Part shown: positions 40,573 through 50,454 of the stretch, one piece after another
Position numbering within the stretch: the stretch's first letter is position 1
Layout: each line of letters starts with the position of its first letter
Assembly: GCA_044222185.1 (NCBI GenBank)
Contig: JBGANV010000003.1
Location: forward strand, 224,001 to 288,000
Direction: 5' to 3'
Origin: Planctomycetota bacterium
Lineage (GTDB): Bacteria; Planctomycetota; GCA-002687715; CAIWVZ01
DNA length: 64,000 nt
Translations under genes and position numbers: made by a program
Notes under the pieces: model-generated
Databases searched by the model: none
What the model was told of the DNA's origin: nothing
What the model saw: the letters and a program-made list of their open reading frames with translations, nothing else

Positions 40573-41291
40573 TGGACCTGCCTGACGATCACGTCCACGC
40601 GACGGTTCTTGGCGCGACCCGCCGCCGTTTCATTCGACGCGATCGGATACGCAGAGCCCAGCGCCGTGAATCCGATCCTCGCCGGCTCGATGTCCGACGC
40701 CTTCGAGAGGAGCACGGAGACCTTCTGCGCCAGCGCCCGCGTGAGAGCGACGTCGTTGTCGTAGCTCGAGAACTTCCACGTGCGATCATCCGTGTGGGCC
40801 TCCACGATGAACTCGCACGGTTCGCCTCGGAAGAAGTTCCCGATCTCCTCGAGCACGATGGAGGCATCGGGACCGAGTTCGTCGCTACCGGGAACGAAGA
40901 GGGCGGGCTCGGCCAAGCTGACGTGCAAGCCGTCGGCGAGACGCTTCAGGTCGGGCTTCACGGAGTACTCGGCCGATTGGACCTTCTTCGACATCGCTTC
41001 GTCGAACTCCTTCTCGCGACGCTGCGAGCGCTCTTCGGGTCCAACGATGTCACGGGTCCCGTCCTGACCTGGGCGCCTCGCGACGAGCGCCGGGACTTCG
41101 CGGGTCGACTCGGATCCGAAGATGCCCGGATTGCCGGGCCGGAGGTTGCGCCCTCCGTCCGCCGCCGAGCCGGAACTCGAGGATGAGTATGTCGCCATGA
41201 GAATGAAGAAGATGACCAGGTTCGCGATCATGTCGGCGAACGAGATCACCCACAGCGGACAGCCCGGCCCATCACCACCGCCACCGCACAT
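40569..41291 (-). CDS. motB: Flagellar stator MotB paralog 1
   Basis: WVISFADMIANLVIFFILM; OmpA-like EAHTDD...SNETAAGRAKNRRVDV. Confidence 0.88.
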   Translation of the reverse strand: MCGGGGDGPGCPLWVISFADMIANLVIFFILMATYSSSSSGSAADGGRNLRPGNPGIFGSESTREVPALVARRPGQDGTRDIVGPEERSQRREKEFDEAMSKKVQSAEYSVKPDLKRLADGLHVSLAEPALFVPGSDELGPDASIVLEEIGNFFRGEPCEFIVEAHTDDRTWKFSSYDNDVALTRALAQKVSVLLSKASDIEPARIGFTALGSAYPIASNETAAGRAKNRRVDVIVRQVQ

Positions 41292-41294
41292 GGT

Positions 41295-42098
41295 TCACTT
41301 CTCCGCGGCTGCGCCTTCGGCCTTGGGCGACGCCGACTGGAGGCGACGGCGGGCCTTCGGGTTCAGGAACGCCTTCAGACGCTCTTTCAGCACCTGCGGC
41401 TTGTCACCGCGTTGGATCGCAAGCACTCCCTCGATCATGAGCGTGCGGATGAGTGCCTCCTCCTTCGCACGCGTATCGAGCTTGCTGGCGAGCGGCATGA
41501 AGATGACGTTCGCGAGCATGGCGCCGTAGAACGTCGCGAGCAGCGAAACGGCCATGGATCCACCGATCGACGAGGGATCGGACAGCTTCGCGAGCATGCC
41601 GACGAGGCCCAGCAGGGTTCCGACCATTCCGTACCCCGGCGCCATGGCGGCTCCGTTGTCGATGATCTTCTTCACCGTGCCGTGGCGCTCCTTCATCGTG
41701 TGCACGTCGGCCTCCAGGATCTCGCGAACCGAGTCGGCCTGGAACCCGTCGACCACGAGCATGATCGCCTTCTGCAGGAACGGGTCCTTGACGTTCTTGA
41801 TCTTCTCCTCGAGCCCAAGGAGGCCTTCGCGCCGTGCGACGGTCGCGTAGTCCGCGAGTCGGTCGATCTCCTCGGGCGGAGACGGCAGCGGGTAGATGAA
41901 GCACTTCTTGATGGACGAGGGAACCGCTGCGCAGAGGTTCATGGGGAACGCGAGCAGCGTCGCCGCCAGCGTGCCACCGAACACGAGGATGATTCCCGGC
42001 AGGTTGATGAAGAGTTCGAAACCGCCTTCGTGGTGCATCATCCAGGCGATGATGCCCAAACCCATGGTCGCACCGATGACGCTCGCGAGATCCATCAC
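41295..42098 (-). CDS. motA: Flagellar stator MotA
   Basis: VFGGT, ARREGLLGLE, APGYGMVGTLLGLVGML, ATFYG, EGVLAIQ. Confidence 0.95.
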   Translation of the reverse strand: MMDLASVIGATMGLGIIAWMMHHEGGFELFINLPGIILVFGGTLAATLLAFPMNLCAAVPSSIKKCFIYPLPSPPEEIDRLADYATVARREGLLGLEEKIKNVKDPFLQKAIMLVVDGFQADSVREILEADVHTMKERHGTVKKIIDNGAAMAPGYGMVGTLLGLVGMLAKLSDPSSIGGSMAVSLLATFYGAMLANVIFMPLASKLDTRAKEEALIRTLMIEGVLAIQRGDKPQVLKERLKAFLNPKARRRLQSASPKAEGAAAEK

Positions 42099-42251
42099 AC
42101 TCTCCTCAGACCAAACGCCTGCGGATCCCCGAGATCGAGGAACTCCGCGCCCGGTGCATCATCGACCGCTGGCTCGCCCGGAGCTGAATCGGATGTCGCC
42201 GAGGCGATAGATGCCCGCAGGCGAACGTTCGCGAGTGCGAGCCGTCCCGCG

Positions 42252-42989
42252 CTACTTCGCGGCGGTGGGGGTCTCTGGGTGGCGCTCGTCGGTCGTCAGC
42301 GTCTGCAGCCGCTTGGTGATTGCGACCGCTTCCGGCGTCTTCATGGCGCCGAGGATCTTGCCGGCCTTGCGCTCCGTCATGCGCGAGATGAGCTTCGCCG
42401 CCATGTCCGGATCCAGGTCCTTGAGCTTGGCGGCCGCGTCCTCGGCCGCCATGCCTTCATAGATGCTCGCGAGGCTCTTGAAGTTCTTCACCTCGGTCTT
42501 CTCGACGAAGACGCGTTGTCGGTCCAGTTCGTCCAGCGCGCTCTTCACTTCCTCCCAGTCCTTGTCGAGCTTCGAGCGCGATCGCGCGATCTCCTCGCGT
42601 TGAGCGTCCAGTTCCGCCTTCGCGCGATCGATCTCGCCTCGCTGTTCCAACAGACGCGTCTCGAGCGACTCGGCACGGGATCGAGCCTCCTTCAACTCCA
42701 TCACCATGGTCTTGATCTGATCCACGGTGTAGGGCTCGGGAAGCTTGAAGTCGTGGCGGCTCTCTTCGAGCCACCTGGCCGCCTCGCGGTCGCGGATTTC
42801 CTCCTGCGTCGGCGGCGGGGTCTCCGGAACGTACTTCGGGAAGAACCCACCGATGACGGGCCAATCATGGAAGACGCCCATGGCCTCCGGCTTGTGGTTC
42901 CCCTTGATCATCAGTGCGCCGTGGACCATCCCCGCGAACAAGAGCAGTGCAACCAGGAGTGCACCGAAGACCTTCATCACAAGTCCCAT
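42252..42989 (-). CDS. MotE/FlbB/FlgY-like flagellar protein (TM, coiled coil, MgtE_N-like)
   Basis: LASIYEGMAAEDAAAKL...LISRMTERKAGKILGAM; follows fliJ. Confidence 0.8.
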   Translation of the reverse strand: MGLVMKVFGALLVALLLFAGMVHGALMIKGNHKPEAMGVFHDWPVIGGFFPKYVPETPPPTQEEIRDREAARWLEESRHDFKLPEPYTVDQIKTMVMELKEARSRAESLETRLLEQRGEIDRAKAELDAQREEIARSRSKLDKDWEEVKSALDELDRQRVFVEKTEVKNFKSLASIYEGMAAEDAAAKLKDLDPDMAAKLISRMTERKAGKILGAMKTPEAVAITKRLQTLTTDERHPETPTAAK

Positions 42990-42992
42990 GGA

Positions 42993-43445
42993 TCACCTCG
43001 TTCGGTTGGCGAAGCGCGTGCCGGCGACTTCGTCGAGGAATGCGTTCTCTTCGCGCCGCGACTCTTCGGCCCAGGCCGCCCGCTCCTTCTCTTCCAGTTG
43101 CTCGAACGCCCGGCGCGCGGCCTTGCGCTTCTGCAACTCCTGTTGGGCCGTTCGTACCGCCTGCGCCGCGTCGTCGCGCTCGCGCTCGGCAGCGCGAACG
43201 AGCCGCTCGATTCGACCAGCATGAAGTCCCGTCTGCACGGGAGCCGCAGGATCGGTCGTTCCCCGCGCGAGCAAGACCCCGAGGTCCCGGTAGAGCGTCT
43301 GGTGCTCCGCGCGCAGGCCCATGATCCGCTCCTCGATCGCGCCGAGCGTCTGCATGGCGCGCCGCAAAGCGAGCGCGGCCTGATCCTCTTCGATCCGGCG
43401 TACGTCCAACAGTCGTTTCAGGCGGAAGCGGAAGCGTTTCATCAC
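42993..43445 (-). CDS. fliJ: Flagellar export protein FliJ
   Basis: FRFRLKRLLDVR start, EENAFLDE end; coiled coil after fliI. Confidence 0.88.
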   Translation of the reverse strand: MMKRFRFRLKRLLDVRRIEEDQAALALRRAMQTLGAIEERIMGLRAEHQTLYRDLGVLLARGTTDPAAPVQTGLHAGRIERLVRAAERERDDAAQAVRTAQQELQKRKAARRAFEQLEEKERAAWAEESRREENAFLDEVAGTRFANRTR

Positions 43446-44755
43446 TCGACCTTCTGGCCGATTTCGGTCAGCCGGCGAACCGTGTCGGCGAATGCCCGGC
43501 CATCGCCGGTCTTCTGGGACAGCAGACCGTCAATCTCTTGGATCGAACGAACCGCCTTGTCGACTTTTGGGTCGGCGCCTGGCCGATATGCGCCGACCGC
43601 AATCAGATCGCGAGCATCCTCGTATGTGGCCATGGAGCGCCGGACGCGTGCCGCCGCCTCGAGATGCTCCTTCGCGACGACGCGGGGCATGATGCGCGAG
43701 ACCGACCCTGCGACGTCGACGGCCGGGTACCGGCTGCGGGCGATTGCGCGCGAGAGCACGATGTGCCCATCCAGCAATCCACGCATGGTGTCGGCGACCG
43801 GGTCGTTCATGTCGTCGCCATCGACGAGGACGGTGAACAGGCCCGTGATGCTTCCCGACAGCGTGCGACCCAGCCGCTCCACCAGCTTGGGAACCGTGCT
43901 GAAGAACGACGGCGGATAGCCCTTCACGGTCGGAGGCTCGCCGAGAGCCAGTCCCACCTCGCGACTCGCAGCCGCGAAACGGGTGACCGAATCCAGCATC
44001 AGCATGACGTCCGCGCCCTGGTCGCGGAACCACTCGGCGATGGCCACGGCCGTGTACGCAGCCTTGATGCGGATCAACGGAGGTGTGTCGCTCGTGGCGG
44101 CGACCACCACCGAGCGTCGCAGGCCGTCCTCGCCGAGCGTCTCCTCGATGAACGCGCCGACCTCGCGACCGCGCTCACCCACCAGGGCGATCACGTTCAC
44201 GTCTGCGAGCGTTTCACGTGCGATGTCGCCGAGGAGCGTGCTCTTGCCGACGCCCGAGCCGGCGAAGATGCCCACGCGCTGCCCGCGTCCGAGGGTGAGG
44301 AACCCGTCGATGACGGACACGCCGGTCTCGAGCGGCTGATCGATGTTGCGGCGGTGCAGCGGGGACGGCGCGTCCTTCACGAGAGCAACGGCCTCCCCCC
44401 GCGGCAGCGGCCCCTTGTCGTCGATGGGGCGACCCAGGCCGTCGAGGATGCGCCCGAGGATCTGCTGGCTGACGGTGACCGTGGGTCGTTGGTGCATGGG
44501 GGTGACGAGGGCACCAGCAACGAGACCGTCCGCGTCCCCGAGCGGCATGAGAAGCGAGTGTCCCTCTTCGAATCCGACGACCTCACAGAGCAGCGGCGAC
44601 ATCGCGCCGCGATCGATCGAGCAAAGCTCGCCGAGCGGCACGGTGACGCCGCGGCAGGCGATCGTCAGCCCGACCATCCGGGTGACGCGCCCGGTCTGGC
44701 GAATCGATGGGACGCGGCTCGCGGCCGCGAGGTACGTCGCGACGTCACGCATCAT
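43442..44755 (-). CDS. fliI: Flagellar export ATPase FliI
   Basis: GIFAGSGVGKSTL, VGERGREV, DSVTRFA, GEPPTVKGYPPS, LDGHIVLSR. Confidence 0.96.
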   Translation of the reverse strand: MMRDVATYLAAASRVPSIRQTGRVTRMVGLTIACRGVTVPLGELCSIDRGAMSPLLCEVVGFEEGHSLLMPLGDADGLVAGALVTPMHQRPTVTVSQQILGRILDGLGRPIDDKGPLPRGEAVALVKDAPSPLHRRNIDQPLETGVSVIDGFLTLGRGQRVGIFAGSGVGKSTLLGDIARETLADVNVIALVGERGREVGAFIEETLGEDGLRRSVVVAATSDTPPLIRIKAAYTAVAIAEWFRDQGADVMLMLDSVTRFAAASREVGLALGEPPTVKGYPPSFFSTVPKLVERLGRTLSGSITGLFTVLVDGDDMNDPVADTMRGLLDGHIVLSRAIARSRYPAVDVAGSVSRIMPRVVAKEHLEAAARVRRSMATYEDARDLIAVGAYRPGADPKVDKAVRSIQEIDGLLSQKTGDGRAFADTVRRLTEIGQKVE

Positions 44756-45437
44756 CCCGGTCCTCCAACGCCATGGCGCGCAGCCGCTCGCCGATCACTG
44801 AAAGCCGTGCATGGACGTCCGTCGAGAGCTCGGCGCCGCCCGCTCGTACCTGGCATCCCGCCCGCGGAACGCCTGCGTCCGCATGCAAGCGCACGCGCGA
44901 CCACGAGTCGGACAGCGCGTTGGCGGCCTCGCCGCCCGACGCACGACTTTGCGCCCGGACGACCTCGAGTTCTGCGAGGTCTGCGGGGTTCAGTGCCACG
45001 ATCACGGCCTGGTCGCCGATCGATGGCACCGCCTCATGGAGCACCGTGTCCACCATCTTCTTCACGTCGTGCGCGGACTGGCGAACGGCATTCCCCACGA
45101 GGATTTCTGCGACGCCGAGGGCGACCTCCACGGCGAACTGGGCCGTCAGCTTCCGCTCGTCCTCACGTTGGTGAGCCAACGCCTCGGCGGCGCGCTCGAG
45201 GTCCACGATCATGGCGTTGAAGCGTGAATCCAGGTTCTTGCGTTCGAACTCACACCCTCGCTCGAACGCGCGCCGCTGGAGGTCCTTGAGTTCGGCGACG
45301 GACAGGCCAGGCGCCGGAGGCGCGACGGCGGAGGGCGCGGCGGCCGGTTGAGCCCCCGCCGCCGGCGCCGGCACTGACGTCGGCGCCGCGCGGAACGAAA
45401 CGAGCCCTCGCGGGAGGATCAGCCGCTCATGTGACAT
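44745..45437 (-). CDS. fliH: Flagellar assembly protein FliH
   Basis: Lies between fliG and fliI; ALNPADL and DAGVPRAGC C-terminal pattern. Confidence 0.82.
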   Translation of the reverse strand: MSHERLILPRGLVSFRAAPTSVPAPAAGAQPAAAPSAVAPPAPGLSVAELKDLQRRAFERGCEFERKNLDSRFNAMIVDLERAAEALAHQREDERKLTAQFAVEVALGVAEILVGNAVRQSAHDVKKMVDTVLHEAVPSIGDQAVIVALNPADLAELEVVRAQSRASGGEAANALSDSWSRVRLHADAGVPRAGCQVRAGGAELSTDVHARLSVIGERLRAMALEDRDDA

Positions 45438-46452
45438 AGACGGCGTCCTTCCCACGGGCGATGGAGATCTCGCCCTTCGAGATCAGATCGCGGATCGAAT
45501 TCAGGATCTGGTTGCGTGCGTCGAGCACGTCCTTCAGCGGAACACTGCCCAACAGCTCGCGCTCGTCCTTGATCATGTCCGCCGTGCGCGACGAGACGGC
45601 GGAGAGGACCTTGGCTCCCACACCGGATTCGTCCGAGCCCTTGAGCGACATGGCGAGGAGCCGCGTGTCCGTGTCGGCGAGCACGCGCTGCATCGTCCGC
45701 TTGTCGAGTGACAGGAGATCGGTCCACTCGAACATCTTCTCGCGGATCTTCTTCGCCAGATCTTCGTTCTTCGTCGTGAGGCTGTCGAGCACGAGCTTGT
45801 CGTTGCCCGGCTGCGCCGACAACAGGATGCGCGCCACGGTCTCGAGCCGCGGGTCGGTGGCATTCGGATCCTTCTCTCCCCCGCGCTTGAGTCCGCGGGT
45901 GCGTTCGATGACTTCGTGAGCGACGGTCTTGACGAGACGCGCTGGAGGCTCCTCCGTCGCTGCGATCCGAGCGACGAGGGCCGGGCGCAGGTCCTCGGGG
46001 ATCTCGTCCAGCACGGACGCGGCGAGATCGTGATCGAGGTGCATGAGCACCAAAGCCTGCACCTGCGGATGTTCCGTCAGGAGGACCTTCGCCAGGTCGC
46101 CACCCTTCAGGCCCCGAAGCGCCCGGAACGGATGTGAGGTCTTGGACTCCTCGCGAAGCTGCGTGATCCGCTTGCGCGCCTCCTCGGGCCCGTGGACGTG
46201 TGCGAGCAGCTCGTTCAACGTCTTCTCGATGTTCGTGATGGCCGATCCGCCTTCCTTCAGGAGCTTGCGGAACTCGTCCACGATGGACGTGATGCTGGAC
46301 TCGTCGAGATCCAGGTTCTCGAGCTCGAGCAGCGCCTGGGTGATCATCTGCTGCTCGTCCTCTTCGAACGTCTTGAGCAGCTTGACGGCCGTCTCGCGAT
46401 TCACCACCGCGAGCACCACCGCGATCTTCTGGATTCCACTCAGCTTGGCCAT
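45427..46452 (-). CDS. fliG: Flagellar motor switch protein FliG
   Basis: LSGIQKIAV, PF, EHPQ, MFEWTDL, SSRTADMIKDE. Confidence 0.92.
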   Translation of the reverse strand: MAKLSGIQKIAVVLAVVNRETAVKLLKTFEEDEQQMITQALLELENLDLDESSITSIVDEFRKLLKEGGSAITNIEKTLNELLAHVHGPEEARKRITQLREESKTSHPFRALRGLKGGDLAKVLLTEHPQVQALVLMHLDHDLAASVLDEIPEDLRPALVARIAATEEPPARLVKTVAHEVIERTRGLKRGGEKDPNATDPRLETVARILLSAQPGNDKLVLDSLTTKNEDLAKKIREKMFEWTDLLSLDKRTMQRVLADTDTRLLAMSLKGSDESGVGAKVLSAVSSRTADMIKDERELLGSVPLKDVLDARNQILNSIRDLISKGEISIARGKDAVYVT

Positions 46453-46462
46453 CTGTCGTCCA

Positions 46463-47947
46463 TCAACCCTTCGCCGTCTCGTACAGCCAGTTGCGCAGGA
46501 GCTTGCTCACGGCCTGGGCATCCCGATCGATGACCTGGGAGATCTCGACCGTGGGATCGGAGCGCCGGGACTCTTCCTTCGGCTCGGATTGAGCATCCTC
46601 GAACGCGGTCCTCATGGTGGCGCGCGCCGCCTTCACCGACTTCAACACCATCAGTCCGATGATGATCGACGCGATGCCCGTGACGCCCCACTTGATCATC
46701 TCGATCACGGAGGGAAGCTCCAGGCCCGCGATCCCTCCCGGTGCCGCCGGCTCGACGGGCTTGGGCGGCTCGGCAAACGGAACGACCGCGAGCTCGATGT
46801 AGTCCTTGCGGGCCTCGTCGAAGCCCACCGCGCCCTTGACGATTCCCTTCACCTGGTCCTGGCTCGCCTCGAAGGACTTGTCGAGGAGCACGCTGACGGT
46901 GAGCCGCTTCACGATCCCGATCCGCTCCGTGGTCGTGTGGGTCGTCTCGCGCGTGTACTCGAACTTGCTCTCGATCTCCTCCGACTTCCCGCCAGAGGAT
47001 GCGGCGGTCGCACCTTCGGTCTCCGCGCGCGTTCCGACGGGACCGGCGGGCTTCGAGCCTCCCCCATCGGCCGAGTTCGTGACCTTCTCCGACATCGTGA
47101 CCTTCGAGTCCGGCTTGATCGCCGAGGTCGTGTTGTCGGTCGTCTCGCTCTCGACGACGGCATCGACCCGAACGACGGCGTGGTTGGGCCCGAGCGCCGC
47201 ATCCAACGCGGACTGGGCCTTGTTCGCCAGGTAGATCTCCCGCGCGCGGGCTTGGGTGAGCATGCCGGCACCATCCGAGTCACGCCCTGGCACCGAGAGC
47301 GCCGTTCCGCGTGTATCGGTGATGACGACGTTCGAGCGGGTCAGCCCCGGAGCCGCGTTCGCGACGACGAGCGTCATCGCTTCGACCGTGCTCGGGTCGA
47401 ACACGTGCCCGGGCTTCGTCTTGATCACGACCGAAGCCTTGGCCGGGAGCGCGTCCTTGCGGCTGAACCCTCGCTCACTCGGGACGAGGTGGACCTTCAC
47501 GGAGTCCACGCCCTCGAACTGCTTCAGCGAGCGCGCGATCTCCTCCTCCTGCGCGATGCGGACCCGGAGCTTCTGCTGCTCCTCCGTCAGTCCGAAGCTC
47601 ATGTTGGTGATCCCGCGATAACCCAGCAGATCACCATCCACGGGAAAGAGTTGCTGCTGGACCGCCACGGTCTGCGCGCGCTCGAAATCGCGGACGTCGA
47701 CCATGATCTCGCGCCCGTCGTTCTCCAGGCGGTAGCGGATGCCGGCCTCGTCCAGGCGCGTCAGCGCCTTCGATGCCGTCTCGCGATCGAGGTTGCCGCG
47801 CAAGAGCCGGAACGACGGACTGCCGCCCCAGAACGCCGCGGCGATCATCCCACCCACGCACAACGCGATGACTCCGATCATGAGGGCGCGTTGCGCGCCG
47901 TTCATTCGGGCCCAGATCTTCTTCAGGTTTTGGATGATGGCTGGCAT
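46463..47947 (-). CDS. fliF: Flagellar MS-ring protein FliF
   Basis: Two TM segments; FGLTEEQQ, AKASVV, RLTVSVL, GAVGFDEARKD, LLRNWL. Confidence 0.92.
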   Translation of the reverse strand: MPAIIQNLKKIWARMNGAQRALMIGVIALCVGGMIAAAFWGGSPSFRLLRGNLDRETASKALTRLDEAGIRYRLENDGREIMVDVRDFERAQTVAVQQQLFPVDGDLLGYRGITNMSFGLTEEQQKLRVRIAQEEEIARSLKQFEGVDSVKVHLVPSERGFSRKDALPAKASVVIKTKPGHVFDPSTVEAMTLVVANAAPGLTRSNVVITDTRGTALSVPGRDSDGAGMLTQARAREIYLANKAQSALDAALGPNHAVVRVDAVVESETTDNTTSAIKPDSKVTMSEKVTNSADGGGSKPAGPVGTRAETEGATAASSGGKSEEIESKFEYTRETTHTTTERIGIVKRLTVSVLLDKSFEASQDQVKGIVKGAVGFDEARKDYIELAVVPFAEPPKPVEPAAPGGIAGLELPSVIEMIKWGVTGIASIIIGLMVLKSVKAARATMRTAFEDAQSEPKEESRRSDPTVEISQVIDRDAQAVSKLLRNWLYETAKG

Positions 47948-47969
47948 GTGTCTTCAATTCGTTGGAGCA

Positions 47970-48284
47970 CTACACCTGCATGCGCATGACTTCCTGGTAT
48001 GCATCCAGGAGCTTGTTGCGGACCTCGAGCATCATGCGGAACGAGAGGTCGGCGCGGTTCATCGCCAGCATCACCTGGTGGACGTCGCCGATCTCGCCTG
48101 TCCCGAGTTTCGTGACCATCTCGTCCGCTTCCGTCTGGAGGCGGTTCGTCTCGCCGACGGCGTTCTTGATCGCCGTCGAGAATCCGGCGCCCTTGTCGCC
48201 CGGCTCCTGGGTCTTGCCCGCGGCCTTGAACGCGGCCTCGTAGGCCTGACCTCCGCCGGATCCGATGACGCTGAGTGGGTTCAT
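47970..48284 (-). CDS. fliE: Hook-basal body protein FliE
   Basis: DVHQVMLA...EVRNKLLDAYQEVMRMQV. Confidence 0.95.
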   Translation of the reverse strand: MNPLSVIGSGGGQAYEAAFKAAGKTQEPGDKGAGFSTAIKNAVGETNRLQTEADEMVTKLGTGEIGDVHQVMLAMNRADLSFRMMLEVRNKLLDAYQEVMRMQV

Positions 48285-48290
48285 CTCTCA

Positions 48291-48704
48291 TCACCTCCCG
48301 AGCTGCAGGGCCTGCTCGATCATGCTCTTGAACTGGCGTGAGGCCTGGAGGTTCGCTTCGTACGCCCGCGAGGCCGAGAGCATGTCGACCATCTCGAAGA
48401 CCGGCGTCACGTTCGGCATCGTGACGTTGCCGTCCTTGTCGGCGTACGGGCTGTCGGGCCGGTGCACGACCGGAAGCGGCGTCTTGTCGTCCTCGACGAC
48501 GCCGCGGGCGTGGACCATCCCGTTCTGCACCTTGTCGAGAAGCGTCTCGAAGACCACTTCCTTGCGGCGGTACGGCTTGCCGTCGCCGCGGTTCATGTCT
48601 TCCGCGTGGGCGATGTTCTCCGCGACGACGTCCATGCGAACGCGTTGCGCGGTCATCCCCGAGCCCGTGATGGCGAGTGCTCCGAACATTCGGTCGAAGT
48701 TCAT
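48291..48704 (-). CDS. flgC: Basal-body rod protein FlgC
   Basis: SGMTAQRVRMDVVAENIA, PYRRK, MPNV...EMVDMLSASRAYEAN. Confidence 0.95.
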   Translation of the reverse strand: MNFDRMFGALAITGSGMTAQRVRMDVVAENIAHAEDMNRGDGKPYRRKEVVFETLLDKVQNGMVHARGVVEDDKTPLPVVHRPDSPYADKDGNVTMPNVTPVFEMVDMLSASRAYEANLQASRQFKSMIEQALQLGR

Positions 48705-48715
48705 GGATCAGGTCC

Positions 48716-49078
48716 TCAGAGGCTGCGACCCGCGATGGCGCTGCGCATTTCGTGGGTCTTGAGATTGACGATTGCGAGTGCGGTCTGGTGGATCAGGGCG
48801 TTCTTGCCTGCTTCGGCGACCTCCTGCTCGAGGTCGACGTCGTTGCCGTTCGGCTTCGCGGGCCCACCCCGACCGACGACCGTGAATTCCGCTTCCGGGA
48901 CGTTGTCGGCGTCCGGATTCATCAGAGCCGTGTCGAGTGCCTTGCCGAAGTCCAGGTCTTTCGCCTTGTAGTTCGGCGTGTCGGCGTTGGCGATGTTCTG
49001 CGCGATGAGACGCTGCCGGCTCGCAGTCGCGTCGAGCATCACGCGGAGGAGGGGTTCGTTTCGACCGAGTGGGTTCAT
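48716..49078 (-). CDS. flgB: Basal-body rod protein FlgB
   Basis: RQRLIAQNIANADTPNYKAKD, NGNDVDLEQE. Confidence 0.95.
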   Translation of the reverse strand: MNPLGRNEPLLRVMLDATASRQRLIAQNIANADTPNYKAKDLDFGKALDTALMNPDADNVPEAEFTVVGRGGPAKPNGNDVDLEQEVAEAGKNALIHQTALAIVNLKTHEMRSAIAGRSL

Positions 49079-49080
49079 GG

Positions 49081-50454
49081 TCAGGCACTCACGACCTGGG
49101 ACAGGAGTCCCTGGCTCCGATAAAGGCGCAGCTTGTTGCTCAGCGTCCGCGTCGTGACGCCCAGGACCCGAGCCGCCTCCGTGCGGTTCCAGCCGGTCAT
49201 GTCGAGGGTGCGCAGGATCAGATGGCGCTCCGTCTCGTCGATGGTGAGCCCGAGCGGAACGACGACGGCGCGCGGTGCCGCGCCCTGGGCCGGCAGTCCC
49301 AGGTCCTCCGCGAGGATCGTGTCCCCGCCGGCGCGGAGGATCCCTCGCTGGACGACGTTCACGAGCTCACGCACGTTCCCGGGCCAGTCGTAGGCCGCCA
49401 TCGTCATGAGCGCGCGGTCGTCGAACTTGCGCGCGGATCCACCGAGCTCGCGGCGGAACTGATCGAGGAAGTGCGCGGCGAGCGGGGCGAGATCGTCGCG
49501 ACGATCGCGCAGCGGCGGCAGCGTGACCGGGAACACGTTGAGGCGATAGAAGAGGTCTTCGCGGAACCGGCCTTCACCGATCGCCGCCTCGAGGTCTCGG
49601 TTCGTCGCAGCGACGATGCGGACGTCGGCTTTCATCGTCCGCGTCCCACCGACGCGCTCGAACTCGCCCACCTCGAGAACGCGCAGGAGCTTGGATTGGA
49701 CCTCCGGAGCCACCTCGCCGATCTCGTCGAGGAACAACGTGCCGCCTTGGGCGAGCTCGAAGCGGCCCTCCTTGCGCTGGTGCGCGCCCGTGAACGCCCC
49801 CTTCTCGTGCCCGAAGAGCTCGGAGGTGAGCAGCGTTTCCGTCAAGGCCGCGCAGTTCACGCGGACGAAGGGTCCGCTCGCGCGCTGTGAGTTCTCGTGG
49901 ATGAGGCTCGCGACCAGTTCCTTGCCGGTGCCGCTTTCGCCGCGGATCAGCACGGTCGCGTTCGTGCGGGCGACGCGTTCGGCGAGCGTGAGGGCGTCAC
50001 GGAAGCCGCGGTTGCGACCGATGAGGCGCGTCCGCGTCGGTCGCGACGGCTCGAGGCAAGCCTTCAACGTGCGGTTCTCGCGTTCGAGACGAGCTTGTCC
50101 CTGCACGCGGCGCAGGACCAGGTCGAGCTGATCCGGCGACAGCGGCTTCAGGAGGAAGTCGGCGGCGCCGTCGCGCATGGCTTCGACGGCGGTTTCCACG
50201 GCGCCGAACGCCGTCAGGACGACCACCGGCCGGGCAGGGGCTCGCTCGCGCGACGCCCTCAGGACGGCGAGTCCGTCGGCCCCCGGCAGCCGCAGGTCGG
50301 TGATGACGAGATCGAACTCCTCGCGCTCGATGAGGGCGATGCCCGCGCTTCCGTCGGCGGCGGCGCGCGTCTCCAGGCCATTGGCCTCGATCGCTTCCAC
50401 CAGGAACTCGCGAGACAGGGCGTCGTCGTCGACGATCAGTACGCGTTGAATCAC
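49081..50454 (-). CDS. Sigma54-dependent response regulator (FleR/FlgR-like)
   Basis: Canonical REC (VDDD, ITDLRL, K), [17 protein letters not shown]; coupled to flgB. Confidence 0.92.
   Translation of the reverse strand: MIQRVLIVDDDALSREFLVEAIEANGLETRAAADGSAGIALIEREEFDLVITDLRLPGADGLAVLRASRERAPARPVVVLTAFGAVETAVEAMRDGAADFLLKPLSPDQLDLVLRRVQGQARLERENRTLKACLEPSRPTRTRLIGRNRGFRDALTLAERVARTNATVLIRGESGTGKELVASLIHENSQRASGPFVRVNCAALTETLLTSELFGHEKGAFTGAHQRKEGRFELAQGGTLFLDEIGEVAPEVQSKLLRVLEVGEFERVGGTRTMKADVRIVAATNRDLEAAIGEGRFREDLFYRLNVFPVTLPPLRDRRDDLAPLAAHFLDQFRRELGGSARKFDDRALMTMAAYDWPGNVRELVNVVQRGILRAGGDTILAEDLGLPAQGAAPRAVVVPLGLTIDETERHLILRTLDMTGWNRTEAARVLGVTTRTLSNKLRLYRSQGLLSQVVSA

Noticed and set aside
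42252-49078. Non-flagellar type III secretion (injectisome) interpretation
   Set aside because: flgB, flgC, fliE, fliG, motAB, fliD and fliS show it is flagellar; the STN-like protein has no secretin barrel.
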